DNA of 64,000 bases. Source: a virus. Taxonomy: Duplodnaviria; Heunggongvirae; Uroviricota; Caudoviricetes. The stretch is taken from the IMG/VR virus record IMGVR_UViG_2645727636_000004, positions 12,925 to 76,924 of that record, one strand, 5' to 3'. Shown here in pieces: positions 41,236 to 52,158 of the stretch. The notes beneath the pieces are model-generated. The model worked only from the letters and a program-made list of their open reading frames with translations, ran no database searches and was not told the DNA's origin. The position numbers and the translations under genes are program-made. Position 1 is the stretch's first letter; each line of letters starts with the position of its first letter.

Positions 41236-42066
41236 TCACAACGATTTCAAGATGTGACCAAAGTCATTTAGCATTTTGTCGATGTCATCTTGTTCGGTAG
41301 GGATATGCTCTGGAATAAATGTTTTAGTTTCAACTAATTCAAATACTCTACCAAAGCATCCTAATCCAACTTCATTTTGTCCACGTTGACTTTCAGAGAA
41401 TTGAGCTGATTTGGAAAGTGTATCAAATACATCTTTAGCATCTTTATAACGCTTATCTGCTCCACTAACACCTTCTAATACATCTCTGAAGCAATTGTCC
41501 ATATGTAGACTTGCTTTTGCTATTTTCTTTGCATAGTCCTTATGATTCTCTGTAACAATTTTAAAATCCTTATGTAATCCATTTAAGTAACCTTCTAGAT
41601 ACTCTATCTCAGAAGGGGAGTATTCCCCCATCCACTTCTTGTTGTACGATTTATTATCTTTATCGTTGAAGTCATTTTTAATATCTACTTCACTAGACTC
41701 TACATTAATTGTATTATCGCTGATAACAAATGCAAAATCACTGTCTTTCCAAGATAGTGAGATGTTTTGAGGCATGGCAATATTCTTCATATACAATTTA
41801 AAGTAGTTAGATTTAGTATTTCTAGATTCTGCTTCACTTATAGCAGATTCCCACAAGTCTTGAATGAAAGGCTTATCTATCATTCTAAGTGCATCTTTAA
41901 CTATTTCAATATTGTAATTGTCTTTTTCAGTTGGCTCTACATAATTCCATATACAAATTTTACAAACTCCAACTTTACCAGTATGCTTCATGAATTGAGA
42001 AGGTGACGAGTAGAAATCTTCCGGTTTCTTTTCTTTACCGCAACAATTACATGTTATCTTATTCAA
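41236..42066 (-). CDS. Terminase small subunit (YonG-like, N-terminal Zn finger)
   Basis: CNCCG...CKIC; directly upstream of TerL. Confidence 0.65.
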   Translation of the reverse strand: MNKITCNCCGKEKKPEDFYSSPSQFMKHTGKVGVCKICIWNYVEPTEKDNYNIEIVKDALRMIDKPFIQDLWESAISEAESRNTKSNYFKLYMKNIAMPQNISLSWKDSDFAFVISDNTINVESSEVDIKNDFNDKDNKSYNKKWMGEYSPSEIEYLEGYLNGLHKDFKIVTENHKDYAKKIAKASLHMDNCFRDVLEGVSGADKRYKDAKDVFDTLSKSAQFSESQRGQNEVGLGCFGRVFELVETKTFIPEHIPTEQDDIDKMLNDFGHILKSL

Positions 42067-42148
42067 AGTAACAACCTCCTTGCTGTCAAAATAAAAAGAG
42101 ACATCGCTTATACGACATCTCTTGTATTGAAATTAAATTATGTATGTA

Positions 42149-42797
42149 TTAACTTATATTATTTAAAACTTCTTCAAATTCCCCCTTGGCAAATCTCAAT
42201 GTAAACTCTTCAAATTGTTCTGGAGTATTACTTCCATATCCATAATTTCTATGATAAAGTACATGTACATCATGTGCTAAACAAACACCTAAAGGATAAG
42301 AATCATGTATCTTGGAGAATGTATTTTTTATTAAATCTAATTCATCATCTGTATAATCTTTAACCTGCGGTAATCTAGATAATTTTAATTCAGATAATGT
42401 TTCTTCGACTATTAAATTAAATCCATATAAATGGTGAATATCATCAAATTTTTCACCAGATAATACACATTTGTAATCGCTTTTCCTCATACTTTCCTTT
42501 TTCCAATCAGCTATTATTCCTCTAAGTAAATCTTTGAGTTCACCAATACCGCCTTTGAATGAAGGACTATACTTACCATTTGTCATATCTCTGTAACATT
42601 CTACACATATTGAAATTTTAGATTTCCTTAAATTTGCAAAATTATTGGTTTGTACACCAATCTCTGTATGCTTTTCGCAAATGAATTGTACTGTAATTTC
42701 TTTTAAAAACATATTCCAATTCTTCTTTACTAGCATCACAATAAATTTCTTTTAGTTTATTATTTTCTTCATCGTTCCATTTTTTATTTTTACCCAT
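42149..42797 (-). pseudogene. Disrupted HNH endonuclease gene
   Basis: N-terminal MGKNKKWNDEEN.. and C-terminal CVLSG...DIHHL...VHVLYH are in different frames, overlapping at ~42642-42700. Confidence 0.6.
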
Positions 42798-42840
42798 ATA
42801 CATCATTCCTTTATGTATTTTCATTCCTAAATAATAAAAA

Positions 42841-42906
42841 GAGTAGGAAAGTGTAAGGAATGTGTACACTCATATCAGGCTCATGACTTCCCAATATTTC
42901 CTACTC
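42841..42906 (-). promoter_or_regulatory. Conserved leader element, divergent copy C
   Basis: 10-bp stem GAGTAGGAAA/TTTCCTACTC enclosing GGGAAGTCATGAGCC...CATTCCT; upstream of the HNH gene. Confidence 0.6.
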
Positions 42907-43129
42907 GATAAGCATCTCTACTTTATTGCACACCTATAAAGGAAAGGGGAGTAATCTGCATAGATGTGCTAAAAGGAGAGGTTCTATGAATAATCAATGA
43001 AAATAAAAACAAACGTTATGTATTTTATTAATTTAAATAAAATAACCGTTTTAACAAAATTTTTAGCTGCTGTATGTATATAAAAACTGAGAATCTAATA
43101 TCAAATATTAAGTTTTTCATATGTATCAC

Positions 43130-44362
43130 CTAAATATTATGTATAGTTTTCAATAAATCTGATTTATATTCAAATAAACTGAAATATTTACCTGCACCAA
43201 CGAATGATTCTTCTCTATGCCATTCATCAGTTTTAGCTTTAGTAGGCAATGTTCTAAATACTACACCGAAATCATCTTTAGATTGTGAGAAATGAAGATG
43301 ACCACTATGAATCTCGACAACCTTCTTGTCGGCAATAATTTTACCGTATTCCTTGTAAATGGTTTTACTAATTCGATTTGATCCTTTATCTCCATGTAGA
43401 CTTAGAATAGCAACGTCTTTCCATGTGAACATTTTCTTGTTTTCAATAGAAGCATCAAATTTAACTTGAGGAAACTTAACTTCTAATGCCCTAACTAAAC
43501 CGTAAGTCATAACTTTATCATGATTACCACATACGTAATCAGATACTACATTATTCGAATTCTTCAATGAAGCCTCATAAATGTAACTGTAGAAAGTAAA
43601 TGCATCAGTCCAAGCATTCTCTATATCTACTTTCTCAATTGCTGTGCCATTGCTAGTATGTCCTTTAAAGTCGTCATGGTGCAGTAAGTCGTTTCCGATT
43701 GGAATATAAATAGTGTCCCATTTCTTAGACTCGATTAGCTCCAAAATCTCATTTAATGTTTCACTGTAATATTCTAAATCATTAATTCCAAAGTGCATAT
43801 CTACTAGAGGTATTTCTAACAAATTTTCACCTTTGAAATCAATCTTATTTATTACTACTTTTTTAACTTTATCTTGTAGTTGTGAAAGCACATTTTCAAT
43901 ATCAAATTTAACTGATTTAGGTTTAACTGTGATTTTACTCGAATATAAAGTCTTATCGATAGATTGATTCCAAATGGAATTCTTTGCATTTACTAAATCA
44001 AACTCATTAATATCGAATCCATGAGCTTCTAAGATAGTCTTATTATCTAATTTATCATTTTCATTAATGCGAATAAGCTTATCAGATGAATGAGTTCCAT
44101 CGCCTTTGATTTCGTTTGTTTGTTTATATGAAGGTAAATCATTATTTCCAATTAATTTAGACTCGATGTAGTCCTTCCAATTCAAATACTGACCATAATC
44201 CTTACGCCACTTGGATTCACTGTAATTAGAACCATATTCCTTATTTAAAAGTATGGTAGCTTCATCAGATGAAATATCATAATTATCTAAATTAGTGTAT
44301 AGGCGTATGTGATAATCTTTAAAGCTTTCTATTTCTTTACGTTTTAAGTCATAAGAAGTCAT
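43130..44362 (-). CDS. Metallophosphoesterase-fold protein (YonJ-like)
   Basis: DMHFG, GNDLLH, GNHD, LHGD, GHLH motifs. Confidence 0.85.
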   Translation of the reverse strand: MTSYDLKRKEIESFKDYHIRLYTNLDNYDISSDEATILLNKEYGSNYSESKWRKDYGQYLNWKDYIESKLIGNNDLPSYKQTNEIKGDGTHSSDKLIRINENDKLDNKTILEAHGFDINEFDLVNAKNSIWNQSIDKTLYSSKITVKPKSVKFDIENVLSQLQDKVKKVVINKIDFKGENLLEIPLVDMHFGINDLEYYSETLNEILELIESKKWDTIYIPIGNDLLHHDDFKGHTSNGTAIEKVDIENAWTDAFTFYSYIYEASLKNSNNVVSDYVCGNHDKVMTYGLVRALEVKFPQVKFDASIENKKMFTWKDVAILSLHGDKGSNRISKTIYKEYGKIIADKKVVEIHSGHLHFSQSKDDFGVVFRTLPTKAKTDEWHREESFVGAGKYFSLFEYKSDLLKTIHNI

Positions 44363-44373
44363 TTAATCACTCC

Positions 44374-44571
44374 TTAATCTTCAATTGGCGCAATTTCATT
44401 ATCTTCTTTAATCGAAATAGTCACGCTTTTACCATTAAAATTAGCAAGTTCTTTAAAGAAATCATATACGTATTCAACTTCTTTTGTTACTTCCGTAATA
44501 GTAGAGCATCCTTCATTAAAATTTACATCTAAAATACCTTTGAATCCTACTTGGTTGGTCTTCTTAGCCAT
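44374..44571 (-). CDS. yonK: YonK-family protein
   Basis: MAKKTNQVGFKG...ITEVTKEVEYVYDF...FNGKSVTISIKEDNE matches SPbeta YonK as recalled; same position. Confidence 0.8.
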   Translation of the reverse strand: MAKKTNQVGFKGILDVNFNEGCSTITEVTKEVEYVYDFFKELANFNGKSVTISIKEDNEIAPIED

Positions 44572-44703
44572 ATTTATTTCTCCTTTTATCCACATATTGA
44601 TTTTTAATTAAAATTAAAAGGATAGAGAAGAGTAGGGGATAACCCTACCACTAACTCTATCCAAGTATTAAAACGCCTGTATGAATTTGCTATGTATTTA
44701 AAA

Positions 44704-44997
44704 TTAACTGTTTAACTTTTCTTTAAACTTAGGCATTGCTTTCCACTTTGTAACTCGTTTTTCTGGAACTTCAATAGGTTCACCGGTTTGTGGATTTTTT
44801 TTGGTACATGCTGCTTGTACTCCCTGAACAATTTTAGCAAATCCTAGGGTTACATCAGAACCTCCTACTAACATTTGTTCAATTGCATTAATTACATCCT
44901 CTGTGCGAAGAGTGGCTTCATCATTAGACAGCTTTTCTCCTGTACGTGCTAAATTTACCTCTTGTACTTTTGATACCAATTCTGTTTTAGTTGCCAT
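44704..44997 (-). CDS. HU-family DNA-binding protein (YonN/HupN-like)
   Basis: MATKTELV...KNPQTGEPIEVPEKRVTKWKAMPKFKE. Confidence 0.88.
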   Translation of the reverse strand: MATKTELVSKVQEVNLARTGEKLSNDEATLRTEDVINAIEQMLVGGSDVTLGFAKIVQGVQAACTKKNPQTGEPIEVPEKRVTKWKAMPKFKEKLNS

Positions 44998-45143
44998 AAT
45001 TTTAATTTCTCCTTTTATCCATTTGATTTTTGTTTTATGTATTTAATTAATTTGACAGATTCATTCTCTATCATATATACTATTTGTCATCGTCGCTTGA
45101 AACCATTAGTATCATTGGGTTTGTTGGGTATAAGCAACGGTCG

Positions 45144-45947
45144 TTATTTTCTTTTATTATTATATCTGACATGTTTCTCCTTAATTTTTATAATTTTACA
45201 TGAATTACAATATTGATTTTTGTAGTTAGTGTTTCTAATTAAATTTCCACACTCAATACACTTTTTCACCTTCTTGCTTCCATAATAGTACTCATAAGCT
45301 AATCCAATATTGTCAAAGTCATTTACCTCAAATATAGTTTCCTCATCTTCCTCAATTTGATTTAAAAACAACAACTCTAAAGATAGTCGATTAGTAGTAC
45401 GAGTCAATCCATCATCATTAAATTGCTTAATTGTTCTATGTATTCCTTTTTCACGATATGTACGAGTTAGTTTTTCATTTAAAGTATCCATCAATGACTT
45501 ATAACTATATTCTCCAGAACCACCAAAATAGTTATTTTTAGAATCAATGCCTCGCATTTTTGCTCTAGCATTATTTAATTTGTTGATTATTAGCAATGAG
45601 AAAATAATCTTCTTTTCTAATTCTTCATATTTTAATGACTCAATAAATTCCATTTCTTTTTTCGTCACTTCAATTGATTCAATTTGAATTAATACACTGT
45701 CATCCTTTAAAGCATAAGTAATCGCATTATCAATCATCTTGTAATGCCTAACCTTATTGAACCAACCTTTACATTTCTTCTCACAAAACTCATACAGTGA
45801 TTTCTCGATAGCGTCTTTATCTTGACCAAGATGTTTGTAATACTTAGCTAAAGTTTTTAAATCACCTCTAATTCCAGTGTCTAATTTGTTCTTTTTCAAT
45901 AACTCTTCTATGTATTCTTTTTCTTTATAGTATTTATTCATACCCAT
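45144..45947 (-). CDS. RNAP-coupled hypothetical protein with C-terminal Zn ribbon
   Basis: Start overlaps RNAP stop; CIECG...YCNSC. Confidence 0.6.
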   Translation of the reverse strand: MGMNKYYKEKEYIEELLKKNKLDTGIRGDLKTLAKYYKHLGQDKDAIEKSLYEFCEKKCKGWFNKVRHYKMIDNAITYALKDDSVLIQIESIEVTKKEMEFIESLKYEELEKKIIFSLLIINKLNNARAKMRGIDSKNNYFGGSGEYSYKSLMDTLNEKLTRTYREKGIHRTIKQFNDDGLTRTTNRLSLELLFLNQIEEDEETIFEVNDFDNIGLAYEYYYGSKKVKKCIECGNLIRNTNYKNQYCNSCKIIKIKEKHVRYNNKRK

Positions 45948-48721
45948 TAAAACAATTCCACCTTTCTAACAGTATATTTTTTATTCAAATATTCAATTTC
46001 ACCATCTTCATCTTGGATAGGGAGGTATAAATAATCTTTATTACTTTTTAAATTATCAACAATCTCATCACCAAACAGTGACCACATTATATCTTTATTT
46101 GACGTTTTGTTATCAACACAGATCATATGAATCACGTAATTCATTAATTCTTTCTCGTTGTTACATACTCCAAGCAACTCAACCTTTAATCTTTCTCGAA
46201 CAATATTAATATCTTGTGCGACACTTTCATCATAGGTAGTTTTAACACTAACTTGTGTATTATTCATTTCATTTCTAATCATAGAGTTGAATTCTGAATA
46301 TTTCTTTTTCACTTTCTTATATGTATCTTGGTTAAACTTAATATCTTTATTCATGAACGATTCATAGTCATCAAACCATTCGTCGAGTTTCAGTAGTTTC
46401 TTTATTTCGAAATCAACCGACTCGATACGTTTGCAAATTTTATTCATTACACAATCAGATTCAATTACTGGTGATTTACGATAAAATTCATCTATGAAGT
46501 TTAATTGTTCGTCATTCATACGTTTAACGCTCTTTAGTTCAGTTAGGGTTATTCCTAATCGCTGTAATGATAAAATTTCATATTTCTTCACATGATCTTT
46601 GTATTTCTTTTTTGTATTACTGTATAGATGCATAAAGAAATAAGGGTGTTTATCAAGTAAAATCCTATTATTCAACTCTCGTTCATATCGTTCTTGTTCG
46701 GTTTCATCTTTAATGGGCAGTTGGTATTTTACCCATTTAGGGACTATACCTTTAACTTCTTGTCCAATTTTAGTTTTATCAATTTGAGCCGATTGAGCCT
46801 TAGTAATTGACTTGATTCTCCTAAGAGTGACTTTATACTCCTCAGATTCAGGAGATAGATTAGCTAGTAACGCATATCCAGAAGTTGATTTATTAGTTAG
46901 TCCTCCAATAATACTATTAAAACTAAATGTATCGGCATTATACAAATCGTTCTCAGTAGGAATCACCTTAGATGGTTTAGGTGCTTCATACACAACTGGT
47001 AATTCTTTACGATAAACTCCTTTGATTACTGATTTATCAGATGTAGTAGCGATGATATCATAATCAAAATCACTTCCTGCAAAACGATCAGTTTCATTGC
47101 CATGAGCATTTAAAATAATCCCACTGTAACAATATTTATACCACTTTTCGGTATCATCATTCTTAATTAGTTTCAGCAACACATGCTCACTACGATAGGT
47201 GAGGGGGCTGCGACTTGCTACAACTTCTTCGATGTTGAGATTATTCCAATAGTTACTGTAGTGTTCATCTTCGGCAAGCAAACCTTTCACTTCTTTTCCA
47301 CACACTGCCTCCATCATAGCAAAAGGGTCAGATACAATAACCTGAAAGTTACCATCAACAATTATTTGACCAATAGAAGCATTCTGAATCTTCTTTTTGA
47401 GCATATTATAAATTTTGTTTCTTATGTATTTATCTTTTATTAGCTTAGGTTCAACAATTAAAGCTTTAATCCAACTAGCGTTTTTACTGTTTAGGAACTG
47501 ATTAAATTTTTCTTCATTTGCATTCATTCCTACAAGAAATAGCATTGTGTAATACACATTCTCAGAAGTAACACCTTTGATCCACTTCACAAATTTATCT
47601 GTAATAGTAGCTACATCATTATCATCTAAGTTCAGTGTCTGTAAGAATTGATAATTTTGATAGAAGAATGTTTTATCATATTTAGGGGCATATATACTAA
47701 TGCCCCATGACATATTATTCTCCACACAACATTGACGGTAATGGTCAACAGAAGACCAACTATCCCACAATTTTAGCTGAGATTCGGTGATTATTACATC
47801 TACACATCTTAAATCAACCAACATTGGATTATCGCTATCGTCCTTATAAATAGACTCTATTATATAATTACCTTCATTAAATTCTTCAACCCATTCATGT
47901 ATATCAAATACAGTAAGCATTCCTTTGAGAAAACTGCCCCTAATGCAGAATTGTGATGGGATATAGTCAATTTCTAATTCCTTAGCCCATTTCTCAGCTT
48001 GTTTAGGAGATATCAATCCTTGACCATCGAAACGATTAAACATCTTTGTAATGGATTTTTCTTCAATTTCATCATCTTCGCTGTAATCTGTTTCAGTTAC
48101 AAAGTTGACATTGAATGAAGTTGGACTTTCAAAATCCTTCACTACACAGAAGTTAGGTGTAGTTACTTTATATCTAGAGCTACCATATAAGCCTCTGTAA
48201 GCATTTAATTTAGCAGGAGCAATAGGAACGATTTTATTCCTACCATTGTCAGTACGATACCTTAATTCATCAAATACAGTTTCTGCAATAAATAGGACAG
48301 TATTAACTCTTGCTTGAGAAGCACTGGAATTGAATCGTTTATATTTAACGCCATTAATTAGTACCCCTTTACTATATAATCTCTTGTATTGTGTTTTGTT
48401 GCTCATCTCGATAGTTATGTATTCTGGAACGTAAATTAACTCATTTAATTTTAGTTGTAAATCTTGAAGTTTCTCACCATTACCATCGTCACTGGTCGAA
48501 TTCTTCAATTTATGTATTTCTTTTTCTAAATATTTAAGCCTATTAACATCAATATGACGCTTAGTGATATCTAGAATCGTATCAATTAATTGATTCTCAA
48601 ATACCGCAATTAATTCTTTATTATCGATAGCCTCATCAATGTTAATACTAATATCATAGTTAAACTTTTTTAATCTATCTGATTCGAATTTCATTGTTAA
48701 GTATTGTATTTGTTTACGCAA
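45947..48721 (-). CDS. yonO: YonO-type single-subunit (two-barrel, RdRP-like) DNA-dependent RNA polymerase
   Basis: RFDGQG, FCIRGSFLKGML, RSPLT, GSDFDYD catalytic loop; same position as SPbeta yonO; start probably TTG/GTG. Confidence 0.9.
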   Translation of the reverse strand: MRKQIQYLTMKFESDRLKKFNYDISINIDEAIDNKELIAVFENQLIDTILDITKRHIDVNRLKYLEKEIHKLKNSTSDDGNGEKLQDLQLKLNELIYVPEYITIEMSNKTQYKRLYSKGVLINGVKYKRFNSSASQARVNTVLFIAETVFDELRYRTDNGRNKIVPIAPAKLNAYRGLYGSSRYKVTTPNFCVVKDFESPTSFNVNFVTETDYSEDDEIEEKSITKMFNRFDGQGLISPKQAEKWAKELEIDYIPSQFCIRGSFLKGMLTVFDIHEWVEEFNEGNYIIESIYKDDSDNPMLVDLRCVDVIITESQLKLWDSWSSVDHYRQCCVENNMSWGISIYAPKYDKTFFYQNYQFLQTLNLDDNDVATITDKFVKWIKGVTSENVYYTMLFLVGMNANEEKFNQFLNSKNASWIKALIVEPKLIKDKYIRNKIYNMLKKKIQNASIGQIIVDGNFQVIVSDPFAMMEAVCGKEVKGLLAEDEHYSNYWNNLNIEEVVASRSPLTYRSEHVLLKLIKNDDTEKWYKYCYSGIILNAHGNETDRFAGSDFDYDIIATTSDKSVIKGVYRKELPVVYEAPKPSKVIPTENDLYNADTFSFNSIIGGLTNKSTSGYALLANLSPESEEYKVTLRRIKSITKAQSAQIDKTKIGQEVKGIVPKWVKYQLPIKDETEQERYERELNNRILLDKHPYFFMHLYSNTKKKYKDHVKKYEILSLQRLGITLTELKSVKRMNDEQLNFIDEFYRKSPVIESDCVMNKICKRIESVDFEIKKLLKLDEWFDDYESFMNKDIKFNQDTYKKVKKKYSEFNSMIRNEMNNTQVSVKTTYDESVAQDINIVRERLKVELLGVCNNEKELMNYVIHMICVDNKTSNKDIMWSLFGDEIVDNLKSNKDYLYLPIQDEDGEIEYLNKKYTVRKVELF

Positions 48722-48744
48722 CTAACCATCCTCCCATTACTAAG

Positions 48745-49878
48745 CTAAAACTTAATTGTTTTACATCTTACCATTCTTGTTTGTTTTATATTTTCATATT
48801 CTAAATGTGCTTTTACTTTTCCTGACAATACTGCATAATCGCCTACACTAATATTTGGACGTAGTGAAGTTAGCCATGTTAGTAAATCACCATCTTCTGT
48901 TACAAATTTATATAGTGTAGATTTGTAAGTCTTAAAATAAATTTTTTCCATCAGCAACACGTTTAGTGTAGTGTCATTTCCTATTTCTCCAACATAGGTA
49001 CTGACTATTTCATCATTATTGTACTTATCCTTAAATTTCAAAAGATTATCATGTCTTCTTTTTCTATCTTTCATAATATCATCATAGTTATTGATGTAAG
49101 TATCTTTAATATCGCTTAACATTGAATTCAGCTCGTTGTTTATCTTAATACCATTATCAAATATAAAATTATTGATACTCTCTATCACGAAGCTCATTTT
49201 GTTGCTTAGATATTCGCTAAACAAGTCAAACTCTTTTTTATTAGAAAGTTGAAAATATGCTATAGAATTCTCTAATTTTTTATTTATATCTAAAATATTT
49301 AAATCGGTAATTATAGCTTTTCTTTTCACGTCAAGATAAATTAAACTATTGTTTAATAGTTCTTTCTCTATAAGTTTATAGCGCTTCATATGGTTTGGTT
49401 CTCCTGAACAAATTTCAATATTATATTTATCAATTCCTAAGATCCAAATATCATGTATTCCTGCCAATCTATACAATTCTCTACGAATGATAAATTCGCT
49501 TGCGATAGGGGAGCATTGAAATTCAATTACACACTTTTCATTATTAAATTCAAAATAGATATCGGGACGTTGCTTGGTTTCTGGTATCCAATGTTCTAAA
49601 TTTACTTCAGATACTCCTTCTTGATTTTTAATCCACTCATAAAGTAGTATTTTTCCACTTCTATGTTCGTCTGTTTCTTGTTCGGAATAATACCCATTAC
49701 ATTCCTTCACTACATGTCTAAAATACGGAGGAACAACTTCTCCATGACAGTACTCATATTTTTCATTACATACAGGACATTTAAGAATGCCTTTACTAGA
49801 CCATTGTTTTAATCTATATCTATCGTATTTAGTGTCCAAACAGTTTATTATTTCTTTACCGACCTTAGCAGTTAACAA
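48745..49878 (-). CDS. CoiA-like nuclease with C-terminal OB-fold-like domain
   Basis: CPVC..YFRH...ETDEH..GK...QRPDIY...IEFQCS; tail SGKVKAHLEYENIKQTRMVRCK. Confidence 0.7.
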   Translation of the reverse strand: MLTAKVGKEIINCLDTKYDRYRLKQWSSKGILKCPVCNEKYEYCHGEVVPPYFRHVVKECNGYYSEQETDEHRSGKILLYEWIKNQEGVSEVNLEHWIPETKQRPDIYFEFNNEKCVIEFQCSPIASEFIIRRELYRLAGIHDIWILGIDKYNIEICSGEPNHMKRYKLIEKELLNNSLIYLDVKRKAIITDLNILDINKKLENSIAYFQLSNKKEFDLFSEYLSNKMSFVIESINNFIFDNGIKINNELNSMLSDIKDTYINNYDDIMKDRKRRHDNLLKFKDKYNNDEIVSTYVGEIGNDTTLNVLLMEKIYFKTYKSTLYKFVTEDGDLLTWLTSLRPNISVGDYAVLSGKVKAHLEYENIKQTRMVRCKTIKF

Positions 49879-50121
49879 ATGAATCCTCCTATAAAATTAT
49901 GTATGTTATGTATCAGTATCCTCTTGGTTAGTATTTAATATAATTTTATGTATTTATTATATTAAATTTCAAGACTTAACTACGTACCACTTATGTATAC
50001 CTTTTTTAATTAATTCCAATTGATTTAACAAGGCTTTAAACTCTTCTAATAGTAAGTATCATTTCTGTTATAACAACACTGTATTAATTAGTAGCAATTT
50101 CATACTTCATATGTATTCCTA

Positions 50122-50400
50122 TCAAAACTTCTCATTATATAACTTAAACATGTTACGCTTAATCTTCTTCAAGGAACTACTCTTAACTTTTCCATGCTGC
50201 TTAATATCTTGATATGCTTCTGATTCATAATTCTCTTCCGCACCCATACTAATCATTTCCTCTAGATAGTATAGTACTTCACTATTGTTGAAATTGTCCT
50301 CCTTTGCCATGTTCATTTCAAATACCTCTTCATTAATTGTTTCATAGTTCTTCAATATATCAATCTCCTTTTTTATGTATTTTATTAAATTATAACACAA
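50122..50400 (-). CDS. Small hypothetical protein
   Basis: ORF track; AAGGAG RBS near 50365 suggests a later start. Confidence 0.5.
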   Translation of the reverse strand: MCYNLIKYIKKEIDILKNYETINEEVFEMNMAKEDNFNNSEVLYYLEEMISMGAEENYESEAYQDIKQHGKVKSSSLKKIKRNMFKLYNEKF

Positions 50401-50742
50401 TTAAATTTAAAAACAATATTTTATGTATTTTGTTATTTAATTTGTGTTCTTGTTTATATAATACTGCGAAACTATCTAATCTACTAGTCAAATTACTAAA
50501 TAAATTTAATTAATAAAATACAAATTATTCATAAATAACAAATTTCTATTAATTGGTAAGAAATTTTGTCGAAACATGTAGAAATATACAGAATATCATT
50601 TCATTCCTATTTGGATTGTAGTATTATCTATTAATGAAGGATATGTCAGACCTTAAATTATATCTGACTTTTTTAACTTTATACTTGTAATTTATAGAAA
50701 AGTTTCCAATAATTATTGATATATAATTAGAAAGGGGAATGA

Positions 50743-50952
50743 GTGATTAAAATGGATACTGTAAAGAGGGTACAAATAGAGAAAGATGAATCTGTAGAGT
50801 CTGCATTACTTTTGGTTATTAGTAAATTATCAGTCACACATCCAGAGGAGTCTTTAAAATTATTAGCAATGTGTGCTAAAGATGATATACCAAAAACAAA
50901 TGTTTTAAATTATGCGCTAGATATCGTTGAAAGGGGAAATTATTTAAGTTAG
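50743..50952 (+). CDS. Small hypothetical protein
   Basis: AAAGGGG RBS; 69 aa. Confidence 0.5.
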   Translation: MIKMDTVKRVQIEKDESVESALLLVISKLSVTHPEESLKLLAMCAKDDIPKTNVLNYALDIVERGNYLS

Positions 50953-52158
50953 ATAAGAATTAATACATATCAATATATTGATACAAATGTTAGATAAATA
51001 TCACAAGTTAAATACTATGGATTATTATATTTAAAAAATAGGTAAATAATTTGACTCGAAAAGACGATTAACATCAAAATCACCATTACTCGTAAATTGA
51101 TCTACTTTCAGCAAAAGAAACGTAGAGTTTACAATGGAATTGATGCTAAATAGTCGATTATTTTCGAGTCTTTTTTATATTTATCTGAAGCTGCAAAATT
51201 AAGCTTATATTCAATATTTATAAGGCTTTTATGTGTATTGTATAGTTTAAGTATAAATTAGTCGTCTATGTTTAGTCGTAAATGTTCAATGTTTATAAGG
51301 GTTTTAGAGGTGTTAATAGGGTGGAAAGTGGTGTAGATGTGTTAATTGTGACTAATTTACTATACGTTAATATTCAATACTGGTAAGGATATTATGAGTA
51401 TTTTACGATTACGATTACGAGTAGAAGTAAAAGTGAAAAATAGGTAAGTTGGACTAATTTTAGGTATATTGGATTATATAGTAGGAGAGTGGAGGTAAAT
51501 TTATAGAAATGTAAAATCGAAAAAATTATCAACCTGTGTGGATAGATGTGGTAGCGTGGATATCTGATCACTCATTCAACCTCAAGATGTAAAGACACCC
51601 CCCATATCCAGTGTTTAAAGGATATAATGTATATTATTTTACCTATAACTGACAATAAATGGTACATAAAACTACCACTCACACTCCTACAACTCGCTAA
51701 TAACTCATTATAAAATACGAACATACACTCCTATAACCATAAAAGTATAACTATATTATATAAAATTGATTTATTAGCTTTTATAAATGGCTGAAATACG
51801 TGACGTGTTATTATATTCGTTGTATAACAGACAGCGTTGGCTCAAGGTGTTCTAATTTAACAATTCAATTTGTGGATAATGTTAATAACTTGTGTATAAC
51901 TTTGTTGATAATTTATAATTGTACTGTACTAATCTATACACTAATTAGTATCTAATTATTATCTATAACCTGTAATAAGCTACTAATTCATATAACTTTA
52001 CCTACATATAATCACATTCCAACTACTCAATTCAATAAATATAAAATTCCATTATATACAAAATAAAAAAGTAGCAAGTATATTTCAACTCACTACTTTT
52101 TAGATAATAAAATTTAACTGTACCGTTTTATCTATTTCTTAGAAGTAAATCGAGACGG

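Noticed and set aside
39474-48721. Inteins or introns in TerL or YonO
   Set aside because: ORFs are continuous, sizes are ordinary, and no C/S...HN splice motifs were seen
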